Positions 1-11,461 of a DNA stretch of 51,104 nt are shown one piece after another. Location: the NCBI GenBank assembly GCA_910592345.1, contig CAJVPI010000126.1, positions 1 to 51,104 on the forward strand, in the 5' to 3' direction. The position numbers and the translations under genes were made by a program. This DNA comes from Paraglomus brasilianum. Lineage: Eukaryota. The notes beneath the pieces are model-generated. The model had not been told where the DNA came from and searched no databases. It saw nothing but the letters and a program-made list of their open reading frames with translations. Numbering within the stretch: the stretch's first letter is position 1; every line of letters begins with the position of its first letter.

Positions 1-1090
1 TGTGCATCCATGGTGTAATGATGTCATCTCTTGTATGTTTGTCAATAGTGAGTATTCAATCCATTGTATATAGGCATTATCTTTGCTACTTGTATTCTTC
101 CACGACTCCATAATAAACGAATCCAATGACTTGTTGCCTGTAGTCCAATCAAGAGGCCGTGGTGCTTTACACCAATAGCAGAATGCATTTATCTCAGGTT
201 CTAATCGCTTTGTACATGCCAGACATAATCCATTGTCAACTTTTATGAGACAATACTTTTGTTCGCTTGCATCATATGTGAATCCAATGGTAATCCAAGC
301 ATCTGTAGTAAGAATATCTGGATGCTCATCACATAACTAGTGGAAATGATACATAAAAGTCAATAATTATTTAAACTATCCAATAAACATGACGCATAAG
401 TAAATTGTTTACCTCGGCATAATATAAATCATGTGTCTCGTCTGTTATCTCAAGTGGAATCAATTTAACATATACATGTGTAGGTAAATCATATAAGTAT
501 ACATATCCATACATCCTCTGACTACAATCAATACAATCAAATGGAATCCATTCCAAATAGGCATGATTTGGTGAGTTTGTTTGTAATTGAGATTTCTTAA
601 TAAACTCATCGAGTTGCTTATTGTTGCTAGTCCATCCATCAGATAATTCTTTATGTCCGCAGATGCACCACACAGGACTACATCGGAGTATCCCACATAC
701 AGTGCAGAATCCATAGCGAGAATAGCAATGATGAAAGCGTTCATCAGCAACCATGTAATAGATGTCATTAGAAGTGGTGAATCCCCTTATGAAATCGTTG
801 CGTCTCTTAAGCCAATAGGAATATCGTCTAAAGTGACTGACATCATCATTGCACTTGTGTGTCGGAAGTGAGTATATTCTGGCAAACTCACTCACTTCGC
901 TACTACCAAGGAATACTAGCGTTGTCTTCGTTTCATAATCTATAGCGTAATGAATAGAGTCAATTTGGCTTGACTTTATGAGAGTGGTTTTCGAATAAGG
1001 AATCCATTTAAGTTTATGTTCACTGTTTAAGGAGGATTGAATCAAGTTGTCAAGTGCTATATTATAATTATCGTCTGGAACTAATGACAT
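1..1090 (-). CDS. Kinase-associated family protein of the Mucoromycota expanded type; 5' part only, runs off the window start
   Basis: Exon 1090-413, GT-AG intron 412-337, exon 336-<1 (LCDEHPDILTTDAW...). Two Cys-rich modules are each followed by WT(S/T)xNKxLDxFI...Y(L/I)(E/Q)WI, the motif that precedes kinase domains in Glomeromycotina/Endogonales expanded kinases. No kinase catalytic domain is visible inside the window. Confidence 0.75.
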
Positions 1091-2905
1091 GGTTTGAGTA
1101 AAACCGGGTTTTCAAACAAATATTCTCGGAGAAAATTCTTATTCCTTGTGTTACACTTATGTAACTTGCACTTATTGGATCAAAAAGGCAGAGCAGAGTT
1201 TATTTTATCTCTTCTTTATATGCCATTATTATGTGAGTCGCAAATTACAATAATTAAGTCTTAAAATAGGCGTTTGTTTGTCATTTGTTTTTTATAAACA
1301 ACATACAGTCAACCCTCCATAGATGCACACCCTCCATATCTGCATTGTAATTGCACGGTTTTTTCTATTTGTATTTCATTGCAGTCTTTTCTGCTACATT
1401 TCCAATGTATTCACAGTTTAATAGATTTTGACTTTGAATGCGTCAAGATTTTGATTTATATTGCAGAGTTGAATAAACGTCTTATAATAAATTTAAGGAC
1501 CAAGATCAACAACCCACAAAGAATTCAATAATAAAAGCAAGCATTTTTGGATAGTTTGTTGTTTGTTTTACAGGATAATTGTTACAATGTTGATGTTGGA
1601 AAAATTTGTTAAGGCGAATCTGAATTAGGTTATGCCACTTAATAAATTCTCGGGTTTATCATAAATTATGAGTTCATTAAACCGCAGACTTTGAAACAGT
1701 TGAATCAGCCTTTTCACCATGAATTGTGCTTTATAGTACAAGCTTTCAATCTTCAAAAAAATCTGACGCGTTGTTATTATTATCTATAACATGCGTTCAG
1801 ATCGTTAGGGCAGTAATTATTGTTGATGTGTATGTAAAATATCAATGCGGAATAATAAGTATTATTTGAGTCTACTTCTAATTATAACGATTTGTCTACC
1901 ATTCAAAAACGCGAAATCGATTTTTATCGCTACTATCAGTTGTCATTGACGTGCTATAGTGAATAGGATAATTTGACCATTCGAATTGAAAGCGCTTCGT
2001 GGTACAACTTTTTTGTTGTCATTTGTTCTAAATTTAATAGAAATGATCTCGTTGATTAGAAAAAATTCGCTACAAACAAGAATTCTCTACACTTTTTCGT
2101 GCAATATGTTTTATAGGATGTCGGCAATTGGTCTAGGATACGAACAAAAAAGGGGGAGTCTTCTGAGTATTCGTTATTTTAAATCAGGTAACAAATCACC
2201 AATCATTCGAAAATTTTACCACACCTATAAATAAGATTCATTCCGAGATGAATTCATCCAACTTTTCTTCCTTGTTATCTCCCTAAGGTTGCAACTTGTT
2301 GTAGATTTTACTTTATTAAAGAATGTTATTAAACTTATCTTATTTGAAGAAATGACGCTTGTGGAAGATATTGAAGAAATTATACATCGAGATTTGAATT
2401 GTATGCCCTTTGGAAGGTGAGACTTCTTTCACTACGTGTTGAATCGTTAGTTGTTATCCGAAGTTACCCTGTCATTAGGTGTAAATCGGAGTTTTCAAAA
2501 GCGTATAGACGCGTAAATAAATCGAAGCTTCGTTATCGACAAGCTGCCAGCTGAAATCGCGGGCGTGGGAAAGCGCTTCGTGGCCGCAGCTTGCAAAAGT
2601 TACCATCAGGTTTCCAGCCCTGGCGTACGGGATAGACGGCACGTTCTTCAATGGTTCTTGACTATGACAACACAGTACTCATTTTATTTTATTTTATTAG
2701 TCCCCCTGGGGTCGACATGGTATTTTGCCGTTCCGGTGTATGTCATGTCGTCCAGTGTTCGGTAAGTATGATAGTTATGAATATAAATATAAAATAGCAT
2801 GGAAATTGAGAAGCTAATATTCTTATTGGACACAAGTATAAAGCAATACGTGTTTACTAAACTGTCATAATCTTCGACATTACACTATCGATATAATCTG
2901 CAATA

Positions 2906-3184
2906 ATAGACCTCGAAGCAGTCCGTGCAATGAAGAGAATACTACTCTCTGACATCCCTCGATTCAGTTCCGTAGGCATCCTGGTAGCCCCGTTAATCAG
3001 TAACGATGCCTACGTTTTGGCCAGGAAATCGAGGGAGAATATCATCCTCACCCATGAGGCAGACTTTGTCGAGAACGTGGAGATGTATCAACCTCGAACT
3101 ATGGCGGCATTTAATCAGGGGTTTACGCAAGGCCATGAATATGGCTTGCACAGGGCCGTACTCGAGGGGCTCGGGCGTTTGTGA
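2906..3184 (+). pseudogene. Degenerate Mrr-like/RRG7-like PD-(D/E)xK nuclease C-terminal fragment
   Basis: IDLEAVRAMKRILL...VGILVAPLISNDAYVLARKSRENIILTHE resembles the end of the Mrr_cat fold (VRxxxGxL..GILV..S..A...A..S...IIL). The upstream reading frame contains stops. Confidence 0.35.
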
Positions 3185-3552
3185 GCGATTTTATCGTAAT
3201 TCTCATTGGTGTTTTCATTGGACATATATTAACAAAGTTTTCGAGCTACTAATGCATGCGTTATGCTCGTGTCGCTTCGCTTGCTGCACGAATCCTCTTA
3301 GCCTGATAACTAAAATCATGTGTGGTATTTCTTGACAATATAATCATGCCGAATATATTCTGCTTATAAACGCGAAATCGGCTATTCGTCATTAATCACT
3401 ATATTAATACTCAGGCTTAAAGATTCACTAATACTGTAATAGCCAAATGCTATGTTTGTGCCATAATAATGCATTGTGTTACCATGTTTCCTTTCTTGTA
3501 ATTCACTATTTTTGCTATGTCAGAATTTTATTTTGATGTCTCGTTAATTAAA

Positions 3553-5069
3553 ATGTCCGTGGCTCCCGTAAAGTTCGACATAGAAACGTTCCGTGAACCG
3601 ACAAATCCATCACAATCATCACACCCCACAGCCCGGCCTACCCCTCCTCGTGGGAACGATCCACCTATTCCTAGTCAGACACGTCCACCTTTATACTCCG
3701 ACAGATCATACTTTGTTCCTCCATATCAACCTTCAATACAGAATCCATTCAGTCCACAATCGCGACCGCCTACACAGCCACCACAACCATTTATACCGTC
3801 TAGCTTCAACACACAACCGCAAAATGTTATGATAACCGATAACACAAAATTACAACATAGTTGCCCTAACTGCGGGCATATTATAATCTGTAATAGGAAC
3901 GTTGCGCCAGTAGTCGAAGATGTAGGGCCACGCGAGAAGAGGTATCATGAACCAGTAATACTCAATGCGGCCCGGGTATGTTTATATTTTGTTGCGTTCG
4001 TTTTTCTCATCTGATCTCATGGCTTGCGTATATCAATGATACCATATGTACTCATCGTCATTTCATATTTCAGGCCTCACGGCAAGAAAAGGCACGTCGA
4101 AACACACTATCCTGGCGTCCTCAATCACGATTACGACGTTCAGACGGAGACGAATTACCACAAGAGACATTAGATGACCTCCTAGAAGCAGCAAAAGAAG
4201 ACTCTCGTCGAAGAACAATGGGTGATGGAAATTATAGGGACGACTTGGCAGGCGAACAAAACGATATGACCTTTGGCGCTGGTGTCGGTGGAGGGTTTGG
4301 TGACACTATGTTTGGAAGAATAGATAGCAGTACTGGAACAATCAATAGATTTGGTACACCGATGGGAAATATTGGATCTCCATTTGGTGGTTTTGGGTCT
4401 CCATCTGGTGGGTTTGGGTCTCCATCTGGTGGGTTTGGGTCTCCATCTGGGGGTTTTGGATTTGCCCAGGAAACAAGTAAGTGTTAATGAAAGTGAAAAG
4501 TGGTATGTCGTAGATTGAATGTTTATATAGTTCGAACATTGACGTTTACAATGATTTTTGCCCTTGTGAAGCGACGCGACCGTTCAGGGACACGATGATG
4601 GGAACGGACGCTGGAACATCGACTGCTGCTCCGCCGGTTGCAGATTCATCCACGAAAGTTCCTGGACTGTCAGGAACTACAAGCACTCAGAGCAGTTTTG
4701 TGTCAGCTACGGGTAGTGACACCGACTTGAGAGAGTAAGTGAGCAGTATTCCTGAATTTGTGTTGTAATTTATATACACAGGTATCGTTTTCTTGGAGTT
4801 TTACAGCCGCATATGTTGTTTGGACTAATTTCCAATTTTCTATTACATTTTTTTATAGGCTACAACAAAAGGAAACTCAAGTGATCAAATTGCCACCAGT
4901 TCCTGAGAATGATCCTACATTCGGATATAAGAAACTGAATGTGGTTAATGGCATGCCAAGGAAATCAACAATAGAGATGAAAAAGCCATTACCAAATCCC
5001 ATTCCAATGGAAGATGACAGTACAAGTGCTGAGAAAGGTGTTTGGTCACGACTTTGGGGCTGGGGCTGA
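3553..5069 (+). CDS. Hypothetical 4-exon disordered protein: Pro-rich N-terminus, CPNCG knuckle, FGSPSGG repeats, C-terminal GVWSRLWGWG
   Basis: Exons 3553(or 3517)-3975, 4074-4476, 4572-4734 and 4859-5069 join in frame through canonical GT-AG introns. Confidence 0.75.
4371..4460 (+). repeat. 21-nt coding tandem repeat (about 4 copies) encoding FGSPSGG
   Basis: Unit tttgggtctccatctggtggg is repeated in tandem. Confidence 0.95.
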
Positions 5070-6207
5070 TCTTTGAAGCCAAACCATTTTATCATGCGGC
5101 AGTAACATTTCCTGGTCTTAATAGACGTAGTGTAAAAAAGTATTATCTTAATGTCATAATTCTTGTTGTATTATTCTTTTTGGAATATATGCGTTTGACT
5201 GAAAATTACTTGTAGTTTATGTAAAATGTCAAAACAGTATTATTATTGAGGGAAACAAGCTCTGTATCAACATTGTTGCAAATGAGTATTACTTTGTGGT
5301 TTGCCCTCAGAAAATCTCTCTTAGAAACAAATGGTCAAAATTTTTCAAATAATTAGTTTGACATCTTCAAAATTCCGCCCTTTGTTAAACAGTATTGAAT
5401 ACGACAAGCGTACTATTACAAAGATTTTATAGATTATTATTAATTTCTTCTCTTCCGTTTAGACATTACAACCTTTTTTCTGAAATATGGAAGGCTTCAG
5501 GGTTCAGAATGCTAAGATGAGGGGGTGGCAACCAATTGGCTATAGTAATCTGCATGTGGGCAACTTCTTGGGTCTGCAGGCCAGAAGCTGTAATAGTAGA
5601 ATATTAATATGGGATAATTCCGGTATATAGTAGCTGATTATTTTATAAAAGTCGTGTTTTTCAAGATTAATTTGCAACATCTATTACAATTGATGAATTT
5701 GAGACTTGTGCCATTTGCAATACCTTAGAAAGAATGAAATAAACAGTTTCACTCGCTTAAATAAAATGAATGGTAGGTCTTATCCGCATTTCATCAATAG
5801 GAAGTGCAATTTTTAAGTAAACTGAATCAGCGGACGCGAATTATCAACGATCTTTAACTATCTGTATGCGCATAGTTGAGCGTGTATGCCTACACGCTGT
5901 TATTTTATTAGCCTCCAAACCACATCTTGTAATGAGGCTTGAGCTATGGAGATTTTACACGGATATGAGCTCCACTGCATAACAAAAATATGATGCATTG
6001 ATTTTATACGCGATCTAGTTTATTAAAATGCACAATCTGATACAATCAGGTACTTTAGTTCATTATTGATAAATAATCTATTTCGGTAAAAGCTTAAACT
6101 GATTGATTAATTTACTGAACAATACAGAATTGAAATTACAAGCGAACTAGCAATTAATAACCGGTAAATAGTCATTATGACTATCTCCACCCAAGAGGAC
6201 TATATTC

Positions 6208-7083
6208 TCATTTGCTCTTTCCCATAATTCCCAACAACTGCAACAACAAACCGGTCCAGAATCTCCACCAGAATAACGTAATACCAATAGGTAGCCAACA
6301 TATTCTACCGACTAAAGATCTCATCTCTGATGGTCTCTGTTGAGACGATATTTCAATAGTACCAGTTGCTCTAACACTGCCAACATTTTTGGGAATTAAT
6401 GACAATAGACTCTTGATTTCACTGTCCGGAATAGTGACAGAAAAATACCATGTCCTCGATATTTCCTGTGTCACTGATTCGTCGGCTTCTTGGATAGTAT
6501 GAGTGAACGAAAGGACATTCACTAATAGGTTAACTGCTGCTCTCATGAAATCAGGCCCATTCTGCGTTAACCTGTCATCTAAAAACGTCCACGACACTAG
6601 ATTGCGCTTGCCATGTTGTAATTCGAATAATTGTCTCAATCCTTTAATAAATGGTGCCGCTCCTACGTTATCTTTAAATACTCTTACAAACGAAGCCACT
6701 TCACTTCTCCTATGCGCTACAGTATACACTGCGGGCTTACTGTTCAAAAGTCTGTTTAATTCTTCTTCCAATTCGGCTGCTTTTTTACTATGCCAAGTAG
6801 ATCTTACTTGTCTCTTTATTTTTTCATATTCTGGATAATCGTCGGAATATACCAGCACTCCATTGACGAATCCTAAAGTCTGCAGTATCGGTTCAACATC
6901 CGTTACGGAAACGTTCGAATCGAGAAGAGAGAAATTGAGAGTGATAACACCATTAGATTGAGTCGAGAATTCTATCAATGTTATTATAGAGCCGTAGAGA
7001 GGATTATTGGTTGAATAGAAATCGGCGAGGAGAGAGGACCAGCGTTGAAGATGAAGTTCTTTATCGGTAGATGTCGATGACAT
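6208..7083 (-). CDS. Hypothetical intronless protein of about 291 aa with a C-terminal hydrophobic tail anchor
   Basis: Uninterrupted ORF from ATG 7083 (MSSTSTDKE...) with globular composition, ending ICWLPIGITLFWWRFWTGLLLQLLGIMGKSK. Confidence 0.7.
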   Translation of the reverse strand: MSSTSTDKELHLQRWSSLLADFYSTNNPLYGSIITLIEFSTQSNGVITLNFSLLDSNVSVTDVEPILQTLGFVNGVLVYSDDYPEYEKIKRQVRSTWHSKKAAELEEELNRLLNSKPAVYTVAHRRSEVASFVRVFKDNVGAAPFIKGLRQLFELQHGKRNLVSWTFLDDRLTQNGPDFMRAAVNLLVNVLSFTHTIQEADESVTQEISRTWYFSVTIPDSEIKSLLSLIPKNVGSVRATGTIEISSQQRPSEMRSLVGRICWLPIGITLFWWRFWTGLLLQLLGIMGKSK

Positions 7084-7491
7084 TATAAAGAGAGTCGGCA
7101 GCACTAGAGAATGTAGTGAGTTTAATATTCAGAATATTATTATTATTATATATATTTTATTGCATTCGTGTAACATTATCGCATGTGATTGTCAAAGAAC
7201 TTTGTTAATGTCATACCATCCCCATTTATATGACGAATTGGATTTCACGGTACGTCTTTTTAGAAGATGTGACAAATTCACGGTAACATTCCGTTTTGGG
7301 GATGGAATTCATAGATCTATTACATATACAATACTATTAACAGCAAACTATAACAATTTTATTTATGGTACAAGTCGCACGATTGACGCATGAAGAATTC
7401 ATACTGTATGATACACACCATACATACACATACAAACATTTATATATATATAAATAACGTACACACAAATGCAAAACACTTGCCCTATCTG

Positions 7492-8715
7492 TCATCTCGT
7501 ATCTTCGACCTCACTATGACCCATTTCATCAGACAGATATCCTGTCGTCGACCCAATAGGACTTGCAACATTTAGATAGTCGTTTTCACTCCCATCTTTG
7601 CTATCAAATAATCTCTGCTCACGCATACCAATAGCATCCGTCGCTGTGTATGTATTCACACGTGTAGCTCTGTCGCCGCTTACTCTTCCAGTGGCATTCG
7701 TATTGTTACGCTTGTGATGATAGTTCTTCCAATCATAATCAACCGTCCCACGTTTTTGTGCCGTTGCCTGTCCATAACCAGAGGAAGATGATGAAATAGG
7801 CGATTGGAACGCACGTCCACGACTATAACGTGAAGTTCCGCGTGAGCGTTGCAGACGCGATTGACGAGTCGGTGAAGGAACGTACGATTCATATTCATGG
7901 ATTAACGGCATTTGTGCTGTTGGCGATATTGGTGACGCTTGTGATACTGATGACACTGGCGATACTGGCGATATCGGTGATGATTGCGCAAGCGAGGATC
8001 GACGTGGTTTAGGTAAAACGGGGTTAGGCGGCGGATAATGTTGTTGTAGCTGATTGCGGATAGCAGCGCTGTATTGTGACCCTTGGCTGTCTCCATTGTT
8101 TCCGCCCGTATTGGTATACTTATTAATACCAGTATCTAATGGCGGAATATCCGCGGCTATCCTAGTTCTATTACTCTTGTTGAAACCTCCTTTTTGCCCT
8201 CCGCTCGCATGAATAGGCTGCGGTGACGTAGCATCTCGACGGGGAACCTCGCCGTAATTAGAACGACTGAAATCTGTCTGAATGTCTGGTATATAATTCG
8301 GAGGTTTTTTGGCAACGGGTCTAGAAAGTCCGCTGCCGAAGCGATTTTGATCAGCGGAACTCATTGGATGGGTCGGTTGTCCTGGATACCTGTCATCTTC
8401 ATCAACCGTAGACAATAGCCGAGTTGGCTCGTACCGAAACCCGACGCCTTCCTCATCCTTATTCCGTGGATTACCATTTGGAAGATACGCGTATATACCA
8501 GAGCCAACCGAATTTCCCGCTTTCTGTTTTTTGATTGATCTTTTTCGAACCAAACATACTATTGCAGTAATAGTTGCGAGGATGAATATGGAACCACCAG
8601 CAATAATCAGGATTATGGCGTAGGAAGGCAGGGCGAGCTTTTTTTCATTGTCAAAAGGACTATACTGTCGACGTTGGATTGTTGCAAATGGCGAAGACGA
8701 TAGTGAACTTGTCAT
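7492..8715 (-). CDS. Single-pass membrane protein with a long disordered Ser/Pro/Arg-rich cytoplasmic tail
   Basis: Long ORF from ATG 8715. One transmembrane segment YAIILIIAGGSIFILATITAIVCLV is followed by the basic stop-transfer RKRSIKKQK. SPISPVSPVSSVS repeats lie in the tail. Confidence 0.8.
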   Translation of the reverse strand: MTSSLSSSPFATIQRRQYSPFDNEKKLALPSYAIILIIAGGSIFILATITAIVCLVRKRSIKKQKAGNSVGSGIYAYLPNGNPRNKDEEGVGFRYEPTRLLSTVDEDDRYPGQPTHPMSSADQNRFGSGLSRPVAKKPPNYIPDIQTDFSRSNYGEVPRRDATSPQPIHASGGQKGGFNKSNRTRIAADIPPLDTGINKYTNTGGNNGDSQGSQYSAAIRNQLQQHYPPPNPVLPKPRRSSLAQSSPISPVSPVSSVSQASPISPTAQMPLIHEYESYVPSPTRQSRLQRSRGTSRYSRGRAFQSPISSSSSGYGQATAQKRGTVDYDWKNYHHKRNNTNATGRVSGDRATRVNTYTATDAIGMREQRLFDSKDGSENDYLNVASPIGSTTGYLSDEMGHSEVEDTR

Positions 8716-9339
8716 GACTAGGATGAATGTGGCAGACTTGTCAATAATCAAAGCTGCTTTTTTTTGTAACAATACTATGTATCTGTAATACCTTCATTGT
8801 CGCCAATGTTACCATTTCCACGCACATACAGGTGCCTGACGTTGATGTAAGATTTCTTTTCATTCATATTATTCCTTATAGTTCTCTCGTCTCGTTTTTT
8901 TTTGTTCCGTATGTTCAGCAAATTTGCATTTATTGTGCGTACCAATTGAATAAGTGGGCAGCAATGTGAAGAACTTCAGAAGAAGAGCAAAGATAAGCAC
9001 GTGTAAACTTGTCGATGTGTTTACTGTTCGTATTAACGGTGAATGTCTCAATGTCTCCTTACAACATGCTCGCATCTACAATATTAGATCTGGACATGAT
9101 TATGAACACAATGGTATCGCAACAATGATTTTCACTATGTTTGTCTTGCGGATGACGCAATGACCAATCAGGTTAACACACCTGCATTTACCTGGCAATA
9201 TCTTTTGGACTTACCAGAATATCTTCAGTTAACTCGCACATCCGCCGATCCGCGTTCCTCGATATGAATATGCATTATTGATATATTGGCGATTTAATTC
9301 TGATAGTGACATTAATATTAATAGAAAACACTGTTATAT

Positions 9340-9502
9340 GAAATCGTTCCGCCATTCATTACCTTCAGTTGGGCCATTAAAAACGTATCTTGTTCGGACC
9401 TAGAGAGAGCTTGAAACGCTTCACATAACTCTCGGAATCATTTTCGAGCAACCACAATTGCAACCTAACTCCAAGAACCGTATTGCTTTTTTGTATTCGT
9501 CA
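9340..9502 (-). mobile_element. Transposase-like fragment (putative Sola-type N-terminal Cys-rich region), copy A
   Basis: Reverse complement reads DEYKKAIRFLELGCNCGCSKMIPR...EAFQALSRSEQDTFLMAQLKVMNGG and is homologous to 38973-39146. Confidence 0.6.
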
Positions 9503-10219
9503 GAATTATTATTATTATATTCACTACTTTTCATATATTGGTAATCTACATATAATTTTTATCAATTTGTTTAGAGATATTTTGGCAAGGAATAACTTCC
9601 AGCAAATGGCTTGCTTTCAGTTCTTTTAATTTTGCCATGTGCAGAGAGCGAGTACTAAACATCCGCAACAGAAAATTTGTAGTAATAGCGCGAAATTTTT
9701 TATGTCTAATTTGTTTTATATGTACTAACAGTTGAAATATATCCACATTTTTATTCCTGAACTGAGCAGTAAACCCTCTTTAATATCCACCCCGTTAAAA
9801 TCAACCCAATAAATTTCCCCGCAATACCCGTTGATATCCCTATCCACATTTTATCATGTACCTCGCTGATATCAAGATCAGTATAAATTAGTATTTTAAT
9901 TTAAACCTCTGCTCTACAATATCGCAAAAGTCTGTTGGGATATACACAAAGCTCAACAGCAAAAAAAATTTTTTATCAAAGAGAGAGCGAGCTACAAGTC
10001 ATAAGAGGGTGATTAGTTTATCTTGGCAAAAAGTTTTTAAGTAATTCTAATTGCTGAGATGATGAACATCGCATTACATTTATTTAAAGGCTATTCTCAT
10101 GACTAATCTTCTCAATTTCCAAATTAAGCAAAGAAAAAAAAACCATATACATACTGTACATTAATAGTTCATTAAAATCACATTACAAAGGCTTTGCGCA
10201 CAAATGACTACTGATAAGC

Positions 10220-10795
10220 AGGTGGAATATAACGACGAAACCAGTGTTGATACTATATGCTTTGCGTTCCAAGGGGGACATCTCATCAATAAAATCGCTA
10301 AGATCACCTACATTCTTCCAGCATAGCCAACTCCTGCAGAACAAGTTGTTGCTTTTTCTTCTTGTATCTGCTCAGGGTTTATCCGCATGCATGCTGCTGC
10401 TTTGTGTGCATTCGTAAACCAAGTGGTGAAGACTGTAGGTTTGGCTTCAGTATCATTGGCAACCGGTTTTTCAGCTGATAGCAATAGCCTATTGGCAGCA
10501 ATCAACACTCCTATCGCTTGATTGAGGTCATCTGTGATAATTTCGTCAAAGATTAAATTATGCGTAAAATAGTTCACTTTCAAATGATAACTTACCTTCT
10601 TCATTTCGATTACAAGCATGCCTTGTTTGTGTATGGGAACCTCGGTGAGTTTGTCTGCATGCTGATTTTCGGTGCGGTCATCCTCCCACAAAATACTCTG
10701 TTAAATACATCCCCGACGTCTATAAAATTTGTTCTCTTGGTGAAGGACAATGCTATCGATTCTTCTTCGCGCTGTTTTCCGACACTATCTAACAC
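10220..10795 (-). pseudogene. Crinkler-like C-terminal REase (PD-(D/E)xK) pseudogene
   Basis: GMLVIEMKK|GTAAGT intron ... DDLNQAIGVLIAAN matches the (I/V)E(L/M)KK...QAIxxLIAA pattern of Crinkler REase domains. It is frameshifted and has no intact 5' end. Confidence 0.5.
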
Positions 10796-11461
10796 TTAAG
10801 CAACAAACGCACAATAAAAGAAAATGTATTGCTATGTCTATCCTACACTATTCTACGTGCCCCAATGCCCGATAGTAGTTTTGCTGACGAAGTCGGTTTC
10901 TGCCGCATATTTTGCAAGTATACATGGCGAGCAAAGCATATCGTGAGCATGCTTCTAATTGTGCTGTAATTCTCTGGTTCCATAATGGATTTGATGTAAA
11001 TTAGTTTCATATATGTTATTTTTTGTTGCAAGCATACCCATATAAGGAAGCTTATGAATGCGAACCGTGCCAAATTAAGTGATTACCACAATTTAAATTA
11101 TTGAATTGCGACGCCATTGATCGTTACAAGTTAATCTTGTCTTGCGCATAGATTTATCAAAAGTGCTTTCCCCCTTCATTATACGGAACGGCACTTCTGT
11201 TATAGACAAACTTGTGATGCATCAACGTTCAGCAAACGGCCACGCGTCTAAAGCTCTCTCTGGTTTTGGAGATTATTATTATTGGATATTAAAAATAAAT
11301 CATTTGTGCCACTCTGTTTGCATGCAAACACGGCCACCATATATTCTGATGCCGTGATTTATTATTGTTGATTAGCTAGCGGATATTTTATAAGGACTTT
11401 ATATACACTACCCATAATGTACTGTACACATCCCTTCTCTTATGATATCTATAAAATTATA

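Noticed and set aside
1304..1346. Solo pogo-like TIR candidates at about 1304, 9767 and 32900-32950
   Set aside because: No partner TIR or convincing transposase could be paired with them, so they are not listed as features.
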